64,000 nt of DNA. Origin: Mizuhopecten yessoensis. Taxonomy: Eukaryota. The position numbers were made by a program, and so were the translations under genes. The notes below the pieces were generated by a model. That model was not told where the DNA came from. It made no database searches and saw only the letters and a list, made by a program, of their open reading frames with translations. Position 1 is the first letter of the stretch, and each line of letters starts with the position of its first letter. Positions 37,533-49,557 of this stretch are shown piece by piece. The stretch covers positions 1,575 to 65,574 of the forward strand of contig NW_018406268.1 of NCBI RefSeq assembly GCF_002113885.1. Reading direction: 5' to 3'.

Positions 37533-40500
37533 TTAAGTTAACAGAAATTAATGTCAATCTTGTTTAAATATAGATGCTTCTCCTCTATTTACATTTCGAT
37601 ACGAAAATGGTCGAGTCATATGTATTATAAAATGAAATATATATTTTTTTTTAGTTTCCTGGGCTATCCCAGAGAATATAGCGATAAACAAAAACTGTTG
37701 TCGAAGTTTTGCCTGTAATCGCATTTGTGGTAGTATATTGTGATACCTGATTGTAGGTTTGATAAAATGTTGTTCGATTTTCTCAAAAATGCACTTATTG
37801 TTAATTTGTCATCTGGTAATTAACTAAAATGTAAGTTGTAAAAGTCTATATTTAGTAACATCACCACAAACGCTTACATCAAAGCGTGTGTAACAACATG
37901 TGACGTCTGCTAGGTGGAACAAAGCTGGCAGTACTCCACTACACATAGGTGACTCGCAATAAATAAGACCGGTGGGTGTAAAAAAATTGCGTAATTTTGA
38001 AAAAAATGAAATACACATTTTCTCCCATAATTCTCAAAATTGAAAGTAGCAATCTGTTCATAACAGATTGTTTCGTAAAGACATGTATCCCTCCCTTTAT
38101 TTCTTTAAATATGTAAAAGTTTTAATTGATCTATCGAGAAAATGTTTCAAAAATATAATTAAAAAAACAATGGTTCGAGGGATTTCATAACCAACATCTG
38201 CAAACACGTCGCTAGTGTCATTGATAGGACACATAAACATAAGTTGTGTGTGAGGGCAATATAACGGTGAGGCCGTCTGGAAAAGTCTACAGAGTAAGTC
38301 GTAAATAACACATGTGCTGCGCAACACGTAATGCGATCAATACATGTGACAAGCAAGTGTGCGGAATGACTGTACAACGTCGCTATCTAAAAATAAACAC
38401 GAAATATTGATCATTAACAAAATATGTGTACGAGTCTTTAATGCAAAATACAATTTTATATGTCATAAATTTGTGTATACTTTCGAACATAATTAAGGTA
38501 CGATATGACGGTATTAGTTAATTATTGAAAGGAATGTTTATTTAAGTGGAGATATTGATGCTAGTAATCTTATATTTTGTTACGAAAGAAGTTGAAACAG
38601 AATGAAAGTGAAGATAATTTTCACAACGTTATTTTACCCACAGTTTTGCGTTCGATGTGGTATTATTCAGGAAGAATGTAAGAGTTATGCCCCTTCGTCT
38701 ACATATTGCTTTTATTTGAACAGTTCAGAATAAAAATTTAACGATTTCATGTGAAGCATTCTTATTGGTCGGGATGGTAGTCAAAAGTTGGTTCTAATGT
38801 GTGTGGTAACTGGAGATCCAGAGATATCCCACGTGGTCGGCAAAATGATCTCATACCTGTTTACGTCCAATCGATGGAAGGCGAGTATACTGTCCACTCG
38901 GCCACACATTTACTGAAGCTCAGAGCAAATTCCTACCTCACAAGAAAAGATTGTTCGTTGCGAAGTAAATATTCGTCTGCTAGCTAGATGCAGGTGATGA
39001 TCACACAGAAAGAACTTTTTTTTCTATTCTAGAAAGCCGCCATCAAAGCATTGCAGAGAACGGGAGGAACGCCATCACAAATACCTGAAAAAACACAGCA
39101 TGCCTCAGCTAGTAATGGTAAGGACCAAGGATCTATTGAAAATAGCGAAAGTGTGACATATTTACCTACTAAATGTCAATGAACAGGAATCATCAAACAC
39201 AGCTCACAAGATCCCTGTTTAGAGAACACATGTTTTCATTATTTCTAAACATCGCTCTAACAGAATTATTGCCTAACCCCAAAACCGGGTCGTGAACTAA
39301 TAACATGATTTCTTTCGTTCATTCCTTGGTAAAAGTAACGATTTGGCCTATCAAAGGTAGTGTTGTGTTTGCAGGCGAAACAAAAAAGGAAGAATAGGGA
39401 AAGAGGTACCTTTGGGAGTCATCCCTGTTCTTTAAAAAAAAACAGAAGGAAAAAGAGTGTTTCAGTTTACCTTCATAGGGGGGTATATGACCTCCTAAAT
39501 TGACTTTGACCCCTCAAAATGTTAGAGGCTTGCTATAGAAAGAGGACAGAATTTGGTAATTACGTCTGATTTTACCACAAACTTTTATGTCTCGTAAAAT
39601 AAACTGGAGAAAGAATAAAAGTATAAAAGCAGTAAGTTTATATGTCTGTCCTACACATTGTTATAGACCATTGATCATTTGATAAAATTCTATCCCAATG
39701 CACAAACTTACAAAATAACGAAGGAAGATTGAATATTTCTTTATTTGATAAAAAGATATGAACATATATAGTTTACATATTTTGGTCCATCCAATGTAAG
39801 TTCCTTATAACGATTGGGAGCATTGACTTATCATCCTTGTCATTTGTATTCATTGTGGCTGTTAAAATTATTTTTCATTTGTCACAACTTTCATTTATTG
39901 CGTTTGGTATTTATTTGTCTTTACGTTTATATCAAATAAAGTGACTCTCTTATGTGTACGTCGGTTTCCGATACGTAGGTGTACTTACATACAGGTGTGG
40001 ATTACGGATTACGAATGTCTCCGGGGCGGTATATTTGCTGCAATATCGTATAAGATGCTTACCAGTATCATTGCACAAAGATCCCAATTGAATGACACAA
40101 ATTGTGGTAAAAAATGATAATTAATCATACTTTATCTCATTGTGAAGTTAAGATATATGTTACACATTAAACATACAGGTAATCCATCGGTAATACATTA
40201 TTTTACGACCAATCGCTGCATGAGCATCCGTTTTTCGTACTAAATAGTATGCCAATTAATGTTTATATAAACCTTCTGTCAAACACAAATTGATTCACCT
40301 TTCCCTCTAAACGTTCTTTTTATCAAGTTTACGTTGAAAAATACCTTTCGAATCACATCTAAAAAATCACTCAAGCTACAACAAACTTTATGGTAATAAA
40401 GTTTTTACAAACTGTTTACTGATTAATATAGTTATCACAAGCACTGTTGTTAAAGTGTAACACTAATTGATTTTGACACATTATTCCATGATTACTGTTT

Positions 40501-41317
40501 CACTCCTTGTATCAACACTGTCGTGTACCTGTGTACGGCAACTGTTGATTTGTGCCGTTTCTTGTTTACACTTCGACTAATAACAGTAAATCAACAGAAC
40601 ACAAAGGTAATGTATAATTATTAATTTATCTTTGAAATAATCTGATAAAAGAAGAGTAAATAACGATTATTTGAACTTTTGTTTAGTTTATATATCATAG
40701 TAAACGACCTTTATAAGTATAGAAACAGCTAATTTTGAATACCAATCACTGAAATTAGTCGAAGCATGAACAGGAAACGGGACAAAACAACCGTGGCCGT
40801 ACACAGCTATACGACAGTGATCAAATGATCATGCCCAACAAGATAAACCAACCACTGTAGGTCATCCTCATCTCACATCGGCACCTGCCTTAAGGCTCGG
40901 GTCGTATAAGTTGAATTTCTTTACGACCATAGCCGTTGGTTATTAATCTGTTCTCGTCGAACATCCGAAACACGAGGAATATTTTGCTAAACTTGAAGGG
41001 AGGACCAGGAGAAGAGTCTTGATTGTGAACTTTCGTTGGTCCACAATATTCAAGAAGTGACTGAAAAGTGGAGTGATCGTGAGAAAAGACTTTGCCCAGG
41101 AATCGAACGATCTGGAAAAGGCGAATTTACTCTTGATCGTCCATGCCCTCGGCTATAACAAATCAAAATATTATGAAAGTATGGTATGTAAACCATTGCA
41201 CAGACAAAGCATAAAACAAAAATGGTAAATACCATGCATGCTTTAGGTCGATTAATATTTGCTGCTGTTCGATAAAACTAAATATTATGAAAGGAAAGTT
41301 TTTAAAGACGCTATCAA

Positions 41318-41818
41318 TTAATCAAACGTGTAATAAAATTTATCTATTTGATGTCGATGCGCCCTTCGTCCTTGTGATCTTCTGTTCTCAGAGCGCTGTG
41401 ACCCCAACCTTGCGGAACGTGAATTCGGCCTAGATGTACCAGCTGTAGAAGGAGGTTGCAGTGTCTTACAGTGATGGCTACCTGCATCGCCGCGTAACCG
41501 GACTGTTTTTCCGGCATGTCTTGCTGTTAGTTCTTCTTCCGTCAAACCGTCATACACTTTTCGGACGGGGATATCTGTACATTTCCCGAATCTCTCCAGC
41601 ATCTGAAACACCCACATCCTCCTTTTATCAAGTGTGTACCAGAATCTACGGCTTTTGACGACCCTGATTTCTGGTATATCAGATATTTTAAGATGTCCTG
41701 TCAACAGATCATCCAATGTTTCGCCGATTGACTTATTAGGATGATCTGAGTTTCTGGCAAAAACATTATTGATAGAATCCTGGGTAAAACGTATTTCACT
41801 CGGTCGTAGAATCGTCAT
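41318..41818 (-). CDS. Gene A3: single ParB/Srx-like domain protein, 166 aa (motif DKRRMW)
   Basis: Open ORF homologous to A1; N>K change in the NRR motif. Confidence 0.72.
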   Translation of the reverse strand: MTILRPSEIRFTQDSINNVFARNSDHPNKSIGETLDDLLTGHLKISDIPEIRVVKSRRFWYTLDKRRMWVFQMLERFGKCTDIPVRKVYDGLTEEELTARHAGKTVRLRGDAGSHHCKTLQPPSTAGTSRPNSRSARLGSQRSENRRSQGRRAHRHQIDKFYYTFD

Positions 41819-44800
41819 TTCCTCCTATATGACAATGTAAGTATGACAAGGCCGTATTACAGATATCTATGTAAAGCTTTCAGGGAAATGCATATATCAG
41901 TTACCTGGTTTATGATAACGTCATTAGTGATAGGAGATTAGATGCATGTTAGCAATGATAGAATTTTATAAAACGCATGCACTAGGCTGATTGATTTATA
42001 AATATATCTCCTATCCAAGTATCATCAGATAAATTGATTTGATACTTTTATATGTAGTATTAATTGACATTTGCTATTTTGAAAAAAGTCCCAACATATT
42101 AGATTGGATTGGAAGTTTCATTGTCCTATATTCATACAAAAACACGGTACGATTTATAAGCGTTTTATTTATAAAAAATGCATAATATCTTGTGATCTCT
42201 CATAGCAAAATTTATTTACGAATTAATGGTCTGAATCACTCTTGTATGACAATAACTAGATATGTGGATTGCTTAAGCTTTTGCTAGAATGCATCGCTAG
42301 ACCTATGTAATTCCCGTCGTCCTTCTTAGCGGGTTCCATGATGTATCTAATACAGCATATTTACATAAATCATATAAAAAAGCATGAACCAACTTGACGA
42401 AGTTGGTGAATCAGGCATTAGTTTATGTCAGTACCCAATCTTAATGCTAAAGAATAATGATATCTGAAAAATTAGATAGTAGAAATACTTGACAACTGTC
42501 TAATAAATAATTGAATAATTAGGTTATACAAAAATGGGCATTTGTCATGGTATATGTTGATATCGTATGTGATCAAACAGATATGTATAATCATATAATC
42601 AAATAAAGAAGGGGGATAACTACACAATTAATAATACCCTAAATTGGAACTCTTCTTTGTGAATATAACTAGTGTAGTAGTGCTCTTTACCTGAAAGGAA
42701 AATGTCAGTGAAGGAAAATGTACTGATAAATTGAATGGAGGATTACATGTAGTGAACTATTACCTCTTGCTGGAACAAGTGATAACATTTTCAAGATAGA
42801 AATGAATAAATAATAAAAAAAAAATCAGACAGGTATGGTTTATTTCTTTAAAGTGATCGTTTTATTCATGTTAAGTCTAAGGGTATGCATACGTTGTTTT
42901 CATCTTATCAAATAGGAAGTTGTCACTTATCATAATCTTACATTAATGTGTCTTTATGGAAAAGAAACTTGATACAACTACGCCAAGAAACGTATGTATA
43001 AAATCACATATCAGATTTACTTTTGATTGCCAATGTTGATAACCAGTGGATATATCAAACATAAACCACAAAAAAGTGGGATATACTATAATTATACCTT
43101 TTGTGTGTAATCTAGTGTAAATGTATTGTGTATATTTTGTGTGCAAAAACCTAAAAACAAAATGTGTCATATTGTGTTTATAGCTTCTGTGTTAAATCTT
43201 ATGTATTATGTATATTTTGTGTAAAATTTAAACATAAAGTAGAAATAGTGTGGTATAATATAGCTTTAACTTCTGTTTACAATCTTCTATACAAATGTTA
43301 ACATACTTTATACATAATTTATGGATATTTCAACAAAAGCTAGACAAAATTGTGACATATTGTAGTTATTACTTCTGCGTTTAATTTTCTGTAAAAGTGT
43401 TAAAAGTGTTAATGTATTATGCCTTTTTTGTAAGATAAAATAATATGACAAACAGTGTCACAAAACTGTTAATTTGTTATATACATTACACGTGATTTTG
43501 AAATAAGGGTTGCAAACGGGTTTCTCACGTTGAGACATTTTCATTAAAAACCACATATATCAAACATGACAATTTTTATAGGGCCACCGCAAGTTTTATA
43601 TAAAAAGATACATCAAAATATCTGGTACAAAAGCAAATTCTAAGTGGACATTTACAAGTATACATTAATGTTGTGGTAGAGTAATTTTAAATCGGGCGTA
43701 ATATTTTTTCATACTTTCCAAAACTATATTGTATTCGATAAGCAGCTTTCACATTTCCAGTATACTGCTTATTATTCGTTAAGACTAATAATAAAAGCAT
43801 GCGATATGTATTGTCACTATTGTGTATATATTCTAAATATATCTATTATTAGAACATTGCGTCTAACGTAACTTGGCACTATATAATGATTATAAATTAA
43901 GCTATCGCTATGCCCTAGTGAGCTATCGATCAATACATGAATAGAAAACCACAGATGTGATACGTGTGCATTTGAAATTCTGCCTTACTAAGGGTATTTT
44001 CCAGATAATATATGCCAAATATAATAGTCAACGAAATATGATATCGCGGGAATAAAGAATGGGCATTGAGCGACATTTATGCACCATACAATTCTTATAA
44101 ATATAGGATTCCAGAATCAAGATTGAAATGGTTGTATAATTCAAGAGTAAATACCAAAGCAGCAAATTGACATATTAAAAGATAAAAGCGACCGATGTAG
44201 CTGGCGTTAATGACGTAACGGATGCATCACGTGATGACGGCGCCAGATATGGTATGATGTTTGAGAGAGATAATTTTTCAAGATTTAACAGTTTAAGAAT
44301 GACAAATATATTTTAAAAAACAAATGCTATAGCTACTGAACCCGTTAAATGCTAAAAAAATCAAACTGCTGTGGCAAAAATAACTAGAGGAGTGTAAAGC
44401 AGTGCGGAATATTAATGATATTTAAAAGAAAGCAATTGAATAATAACCTCTACCGGAAGTTATTGACTCTTTCTTGTCACGATGCACAGTGTCATTGCAA
44501 GCTTCAACTACAATGATGAACGACAAAATGTACGTTAAACTCACTTAAGACAATTGGTCTTTTGCCGAAAGTCTTTCGCCATAACTTGAATCCAATGTTT
44601 TGTATGATTGTTAACAGCAACGTAGATGTTTATCCCCGTGAATAATATTTGATCGATGGAAGACATCTGACAAAGTCTTTTCACAGGAATATGTCTTAGT
44701 CTAAAACTCCAAGAAGAAACAAAATACTACTAGAGAAATTTACAAATCGACATCGTTCCTGTTTATGACACGAGATGTAATGTCCATGAAGGTATGTATT

Positions 44801-44945
44801 GTTTGAACACAAATCATCCAAACTGTACTAGGAAACATTTGGAATATTGTTCCCCGATGAAGATGTCCCCTACAGAAAGATGAAAGTTTGGCATGTCAAT
44901 GAACCCGAAAGTTAGCAAATACCCTATTGTTACTACGAGGACAAA

Positions 44946-47630
44946 TCATCCATAGCTAACCCTAAATATGGGTCCATATCCGTACCCGTACCAACCTTCA
45001 TAGCCATGTCCATGGCCTTCTCCATAGCCCTCCCCATGGCCATATCCTTCGTTATATCCAAACCTAAATCCATAGTAACATTCACCGTAACAGTATTCAT
45101 CGCTGTCTTCAAAGCTACAGGAACATTGATCGCTATTAGATTCCGCTGAATCGTGGTGTTCTAGACCTGGTGAGTCATTTGGCCTCAGTGTTGCAGCACT
45201 GCTGGCACGTCGACACCTATCAGATCCCACAACACTGGGTTGTTCTAGACGAAGCGTGTCTTTTGGTCTCGGTATTTCAACACTTTCGGTACGACGAGAC
45301 ATACCCGATCCCACTTTATCGTGGTGTTCTAGACGAGACTTGTCTTTTGGTCTCGGTATTTCAACACTGTCGGTGTACCGATTGATATCCGATTCAACTT
45401 TGTCGTGGTGTTGTTGACTGGACGTGCCTTTTGACCTCGGTGTTGAATCACTCTTGGCATGCCGACGACTATCAGATCCCTCTATATTGTGGCGTTCCCG
45501 ACTAGCTGTGTTATTTGACCTCGGTGTTGCAGCACTAGTCCTACTCAAACATTGATCAGATCCCTCATTATTGATGCGCACTAGTCGTGAGGTGTCAATT
45601 GACCTCGTTGTTTTAGCACTCTTTTTATGGGGAGACCTATCAGATCCCTCTACATCGTGGCGTTCCCGACTAGCTGTGTTAGTTGACCTAGATGTTGCAG
45701 CACTCTTTCTAATCCTATATTGATAAAATCCCTCATTTTCGTTGCGTACTAGTTGTGAGGTGTCAATTGAACTCGTTGTTTCAGCACTCTTCCTAGGGCG
45801 ATACCTATCAGATCCCTCATCATCGTGGCGTTTCGGACTAGCTGTGCTATTTGTTCTCGGTTTTGCAGCACTCGTTCTACTTCTATATTGATCAGATCCC
45901 TTATTTTTGTTGCGTACTAGTTGTGAGGTGTCAATTGAACTCGTTGTTTCAGCACTCTTCCTAGGCCAATACCTATCAGATCCCTCATCATTGTGGCGTT
46001 CCCGACTTGATGTATTATTTGATCTCGATATTGCATCACCCTTTGTACGCCGATATCTAGCCGATCCCTCATTATCGTGACGTTCCAGTCGTGAAGTGTC
46101 ATTTGAAATCGGTGTTACAATGCTTATTAAATGCTGATACCTATCAGATCTCTGTACATCGTGGCGTTCCCGACTAGCTGTGCTATTTGACCTCGGTGTT
46201 GCAGCACTCGTCCTACTCCTATACTGATCAGATCCCTCATTTTTGTTAAGTTCTAGTCGTGAGGTGTCAATGGACCTCGCTGTTTCTGCACTCTTCCTAG
46301 ATTGAAATCGATCAGATCCCTCAACACCATTGCGAGCTAGACTTGACGTGTCATTTTGACCCGGTATGTCAGCTGTTTTGGTGTACCGACATCTATCAGA
46401 TCCCTCATCATCGTGGTACTTCTGTCTAGATGTATCATTTGACCTCGGTATTGTATCACTCTTTGTACGCCGATACCTATCAGATCCGTCTTCATCGTGA
46501 AGTTCTAAACTTGGTGTGTTATTTGACCTCGGTATTGCATCCATCTGTGTACGCCATATTATATGCCGACGACTCTCAGATCCCTCTACATCGTGGCGTT
46601 CCCGACTAGCTGTGTTATTCGACTTGGGTATTGCAGCACTCGTCCTACTTCTATATTGATATGATTCCTCATAAGCGTTGCGTACTAGTCGTGCGATGTC
46701 AATTGACTTCGGTGTTTCAGCACTCTTCCTAGGGCGACACCTATTAGATCCCTCATCATCGTGGCTTTCCGGAATAGCTGTGCTATTTGACCTCGGTGTT
46801 ACAGCACTCGACCTACTCCTATACTGATCAGCAACCTCATTTTTGTTGAGTTCTAGTCGTGAGGTGTCAATTGACCTAGCTGTTTCAGCACTCGTCCTGT
46901 TGCAATATCGATCAGATCCCTCATCACCATTGCGAGCTAGACTTGACGTGTCATTTTGACCCGGTATGACAGCAGTTTTGGTATGCCAATACCCATCAAA
47001 TCCGTCTACATCGTGACGTTCAAAACTTGGTGTGTTATTTGACCTCGGTGTTGCAGCAGTCTCCGTTCGCTGATATTTATTAGATCTATCTACAATGAGG
47101 TGTTGTAGACTTGACGTGTTACCTGACTCCGTTGTTGCAGTACTCTCCATTCGCCGATATGTATTTGATCCCTCATCATCCTTGCGTTCAAGACTTGACG
47201 TGGCTTTTGACCTCGATGTTGCAGCACTATCGGTACGATGATACCTATAAGCCGTGATATGGTTTTCATTCGGACGTCTCCAATAAAAACCTCCTGGATC
47301 GCGTCGTACACGAATATCTGTCCCATCTATTTTTGTTGTGAATTTTCTCCGAAGAATCTCAAGACTCCCCTTTCGAACCGCTATTTCGGTACATTGTCCC
47401 AGCTCTTCGAGCTTCTGAAATACCCACAATCTCCTGTTATCGGCCGAGTACCAGATTTCATTCCTTTTGACCACAGTTATAGGCGGTATGTCCGAGATTT
47501 TACACTTTCCTGCCAACAGGGCGTCCAATGTTTCACCGATATGTGTATCGGTATGATTGGATTTTTTGTCGAATACATTGTTGATAGAATCCTGACTAAA
47601 TCGTATTTCACTCGGTCGAAGTTTTAACAT
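44946..47630 (-). CDS. Gene B3: ParB/Srx-like domain + ~24 x 28-aa S/T/R/D/H repeats + Gly/Tyr-rich C-terminus, 894 aa, single coding exon
   Basis: Uninterrupted ORF from ATG 47630 (MLKLRPSEIRF); SADNRRLWVF; ends GYGHGEGYGEGHGHGYEGWYGYGYGPIFRVSYG. Confidence 0.9.
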   Translation of the reverse strand: MLKLRPSEIRFSQDSINNVFDKKSNHTDTHIGETLDALLAGKCKISDIPPITVVKRNEIWYSADNRRLWVFQKLEELGQCTEIAVRKGSLEILRRKFTTKIDGTDIRVRRDPGGFYWRRPNENHITAYRYHRTDSAATSRSKATSSLERKDDEGSNTYRRMESTATTESGNTSSLQHLIVDRSNKYQRTETAATPRSNNTPSFERHDVDGFDGYWHTKTAVIPGQNDTSSLARNGDEGSDRYCNRTSAETARSIDTSRLELNKNEVADQYRSRSSAVTPRSNSTAIPESHDDEGSNRCRPRKSAETPKSIDIARLVRNAYEESYQYRSRTSAAIPKSNNTASRERHDVEGSESRRHIIWRTQMDAIPRSNNTPSLELHDEDGSDRYRRTKSDTIPRSNDTSRQKYHDDEGSDRCRYTKTADIPGQNDTSSLARNGVEGSDRFQSRKSAETARSIDTSRLELNKNEGSDQYRSRTSAATPRSNSTASRERHDVQRSDRYQHLISIVTPISNDTSRLERHDNEGSARYRRTKGDAISRSNNTSSRERHNDEGSDRYWPRKSAETTSSIDTSQLVRNKNKGSDQYRSRTSAAKPRTNSTASPKRHDDEGSDRYRPRKSAETTSSIDTSQLVRNENEGFYQYRIRKSAATSRSTNTASRERHDVEGSDRSPHKKSAKTTRSIDTSRLVRINNEGSDQCLSRTSAATPRSNNTASRERHNIEGSDSRRHAKSDSTPRSKGTSSQQHHDKVESDINRYTDSVEIPRPKDKSRLEHHDKVGSGMSRRTESVEIPRPKDTLRLEQPSVVGSDRCRRASSAATLRPNDSPGLEHHDSAESNSDQCSCSFEDSDEYCYGECYYGFRFGYNEGYGHGEGYGEGHGHGYEGWYGYGYGPIFRVSYG

Positions 47631-48396
47631 TTTCTCGCTGCCTGACAATGTAAATCAAGATCAATGCATCACTTATATACATATTTGTTATCCAAGGACT
47701 ATACCAATGTCAGTTTTGCTTCAGGTTCAATGACGTCATTCAGGTTCAAACGTACACGGTACCAAGATCAATGGAACTTCTTAATTTATGTTGATTTTTT
47801 TTTAACGTAGTCGTTAATATTTTTTAGGATTAGAACGTTTCGAAATTATGACTTGATCCTCATTTGACATGTTGTCCCCTTGATTATGCAATGGTATATC
47901 ACACTTTATTGAGATAGGCTAGTCTAAAAAAACATCCTGTTGAACACGTAACTTTATTTAAATGTGTTGGAAACGTTCCAAAAGACACCGATACATTAAT
48001 TCAGCCCAGTCCATTGTCACCAGATACGTCAACAGATAAACTATACGACTGTGCTGTGTGTATATTTATTTCAAACCCAGGTGTGCAAGCCTTATGATAT
48101 TTTTTTTCTTTTTCTGTCTGTTCGCGGAAGGTGGTATTATGATCTGCTTAGCGACACTTGCTATATTGATATTTAAAGTAATACATACACACTTCAAATT
48201 CAGGTAATTTTAGTCATTAACGACAGGCCAAATAGGCCTGCATCGCTCACCCGGTATTAATCTCTCACTTGTTCCCTAAAATTTGACTAAAATCTATGAC
48301 TGTAAGTCATTCAAAAATAAATGTTAAAAGATTGAAACATATATAACCCCTGTGATTTTAAAAGTCTAACAATGTCATGAAGTTTAAAAGACTATA

Positions 48397-49557
48397 ATTA
48401 CATTTGCATGGCATTGTCACTATATAGCCTCTTTGAAAGCTGTGTCGTTGATGGGACTTTAATTACCATGCATCACGAGACACAATTCTTAGCGTATTAA
48501 TACAACACTGACCGGAACTACAATATCCAATATAAATAAACATGACGGCTGCTGAAATATCGCTGGGCATTGTGAGATTTGACAATGTCATTGTAAATTT
48601 ATGTGCAAAATAAAAAATAAAATAAAAAACACTTTTATTACAACGAAAACAAGACCAAGGTCTGCAATATCGTACAAAATGCACATCGGTTGAAATCACC
48701 AATGCCGGCAATGGAAACAATTTTAACGCTCATGCAATTTATCAGAAATATCGTCTGTTACACTGCACTGATCAACAGGGGTTCGTTACAAATGTCTGAA
48801 ATACACATATTCTATAGACCTACTGACACATATGTTACAGACCTACTGATATGAGTCACAGCACACATAAACATTTCAGACATTTGTAACGAACCTGTGC
48901 TCCGTCGCAAGATCACTCACTTAAAATGCTATCTCTCACGCGTCTCGCATCCACCATTCCTCAGTTTCTGACGACATGTCAAATAACGAGGATGTTATAG
49001 AATCTACCGACTGTTGTCAGGTTCCCATACAATCAACAAATACATTCACGCCTGGATTCTTCACAAAATGAGAAAAGAGAAAAGTTCGAATTAACTTCCA
49101 AAAATAACTCCCTCGTGGAGGGCAAGGTCGGATTTACGGTGTTCACTGTATTTGTCCATGCGCGAAATTTGTTCCGGGGAAAAATCGAAACAATTTCAAA
49201 TATAACTTTCAGCTCAGAGTTCTATTGATAAACTTAAATCACTCTATAGACATATCATACGCAATTGTATTGATACTGAATTGTGGAATAAAATTGAAGT
49301 GTTTGTTAAAATGTCAAAGCACTACTTTGTTTGCCGATCAGCACGCGACAATACGCTGTTCAAACTATTGAACGAAATTGTATGGACTGTCGATAAGGCG
49401 GGCATTTTTAATTTTAAATATAAATTATTAGTTAAAAAAGAACATAAGAGGCAGAGAAAACGTAAATATAAGTATAGCGCGCATTATGTTGTTTGCTTGC
49501 AAAGCTGTGTCATTCAAATAGATAATAAATACCATACAAAAACAGTTCAATGCTAAA
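48397..49557. mobile_element. Unclassified non-coding insertion at a TATA site
   Basis: The empty site gacttTATAgccc in units 1/2 becomes gacTATA[insert]TATAgccc. Confidence 0.7.
48780..48895. mobile_element. 116-bp mini-MITE/hairpin with perfect 23-bp inverted repeats
   Basis: ggttcgttacaaatgtctgaaat (48780-48802) / atttcagacatttgtaacgaacc (48873-48895). Confidence 0.75.

Larger units (their letters stand above)
17933..39641. repeat. Segmental duplication unit 2 (A2-B2-C2)
   Basis: Colinear homology with units 1 and 3; boundary approximate. Confidence 0.9.
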
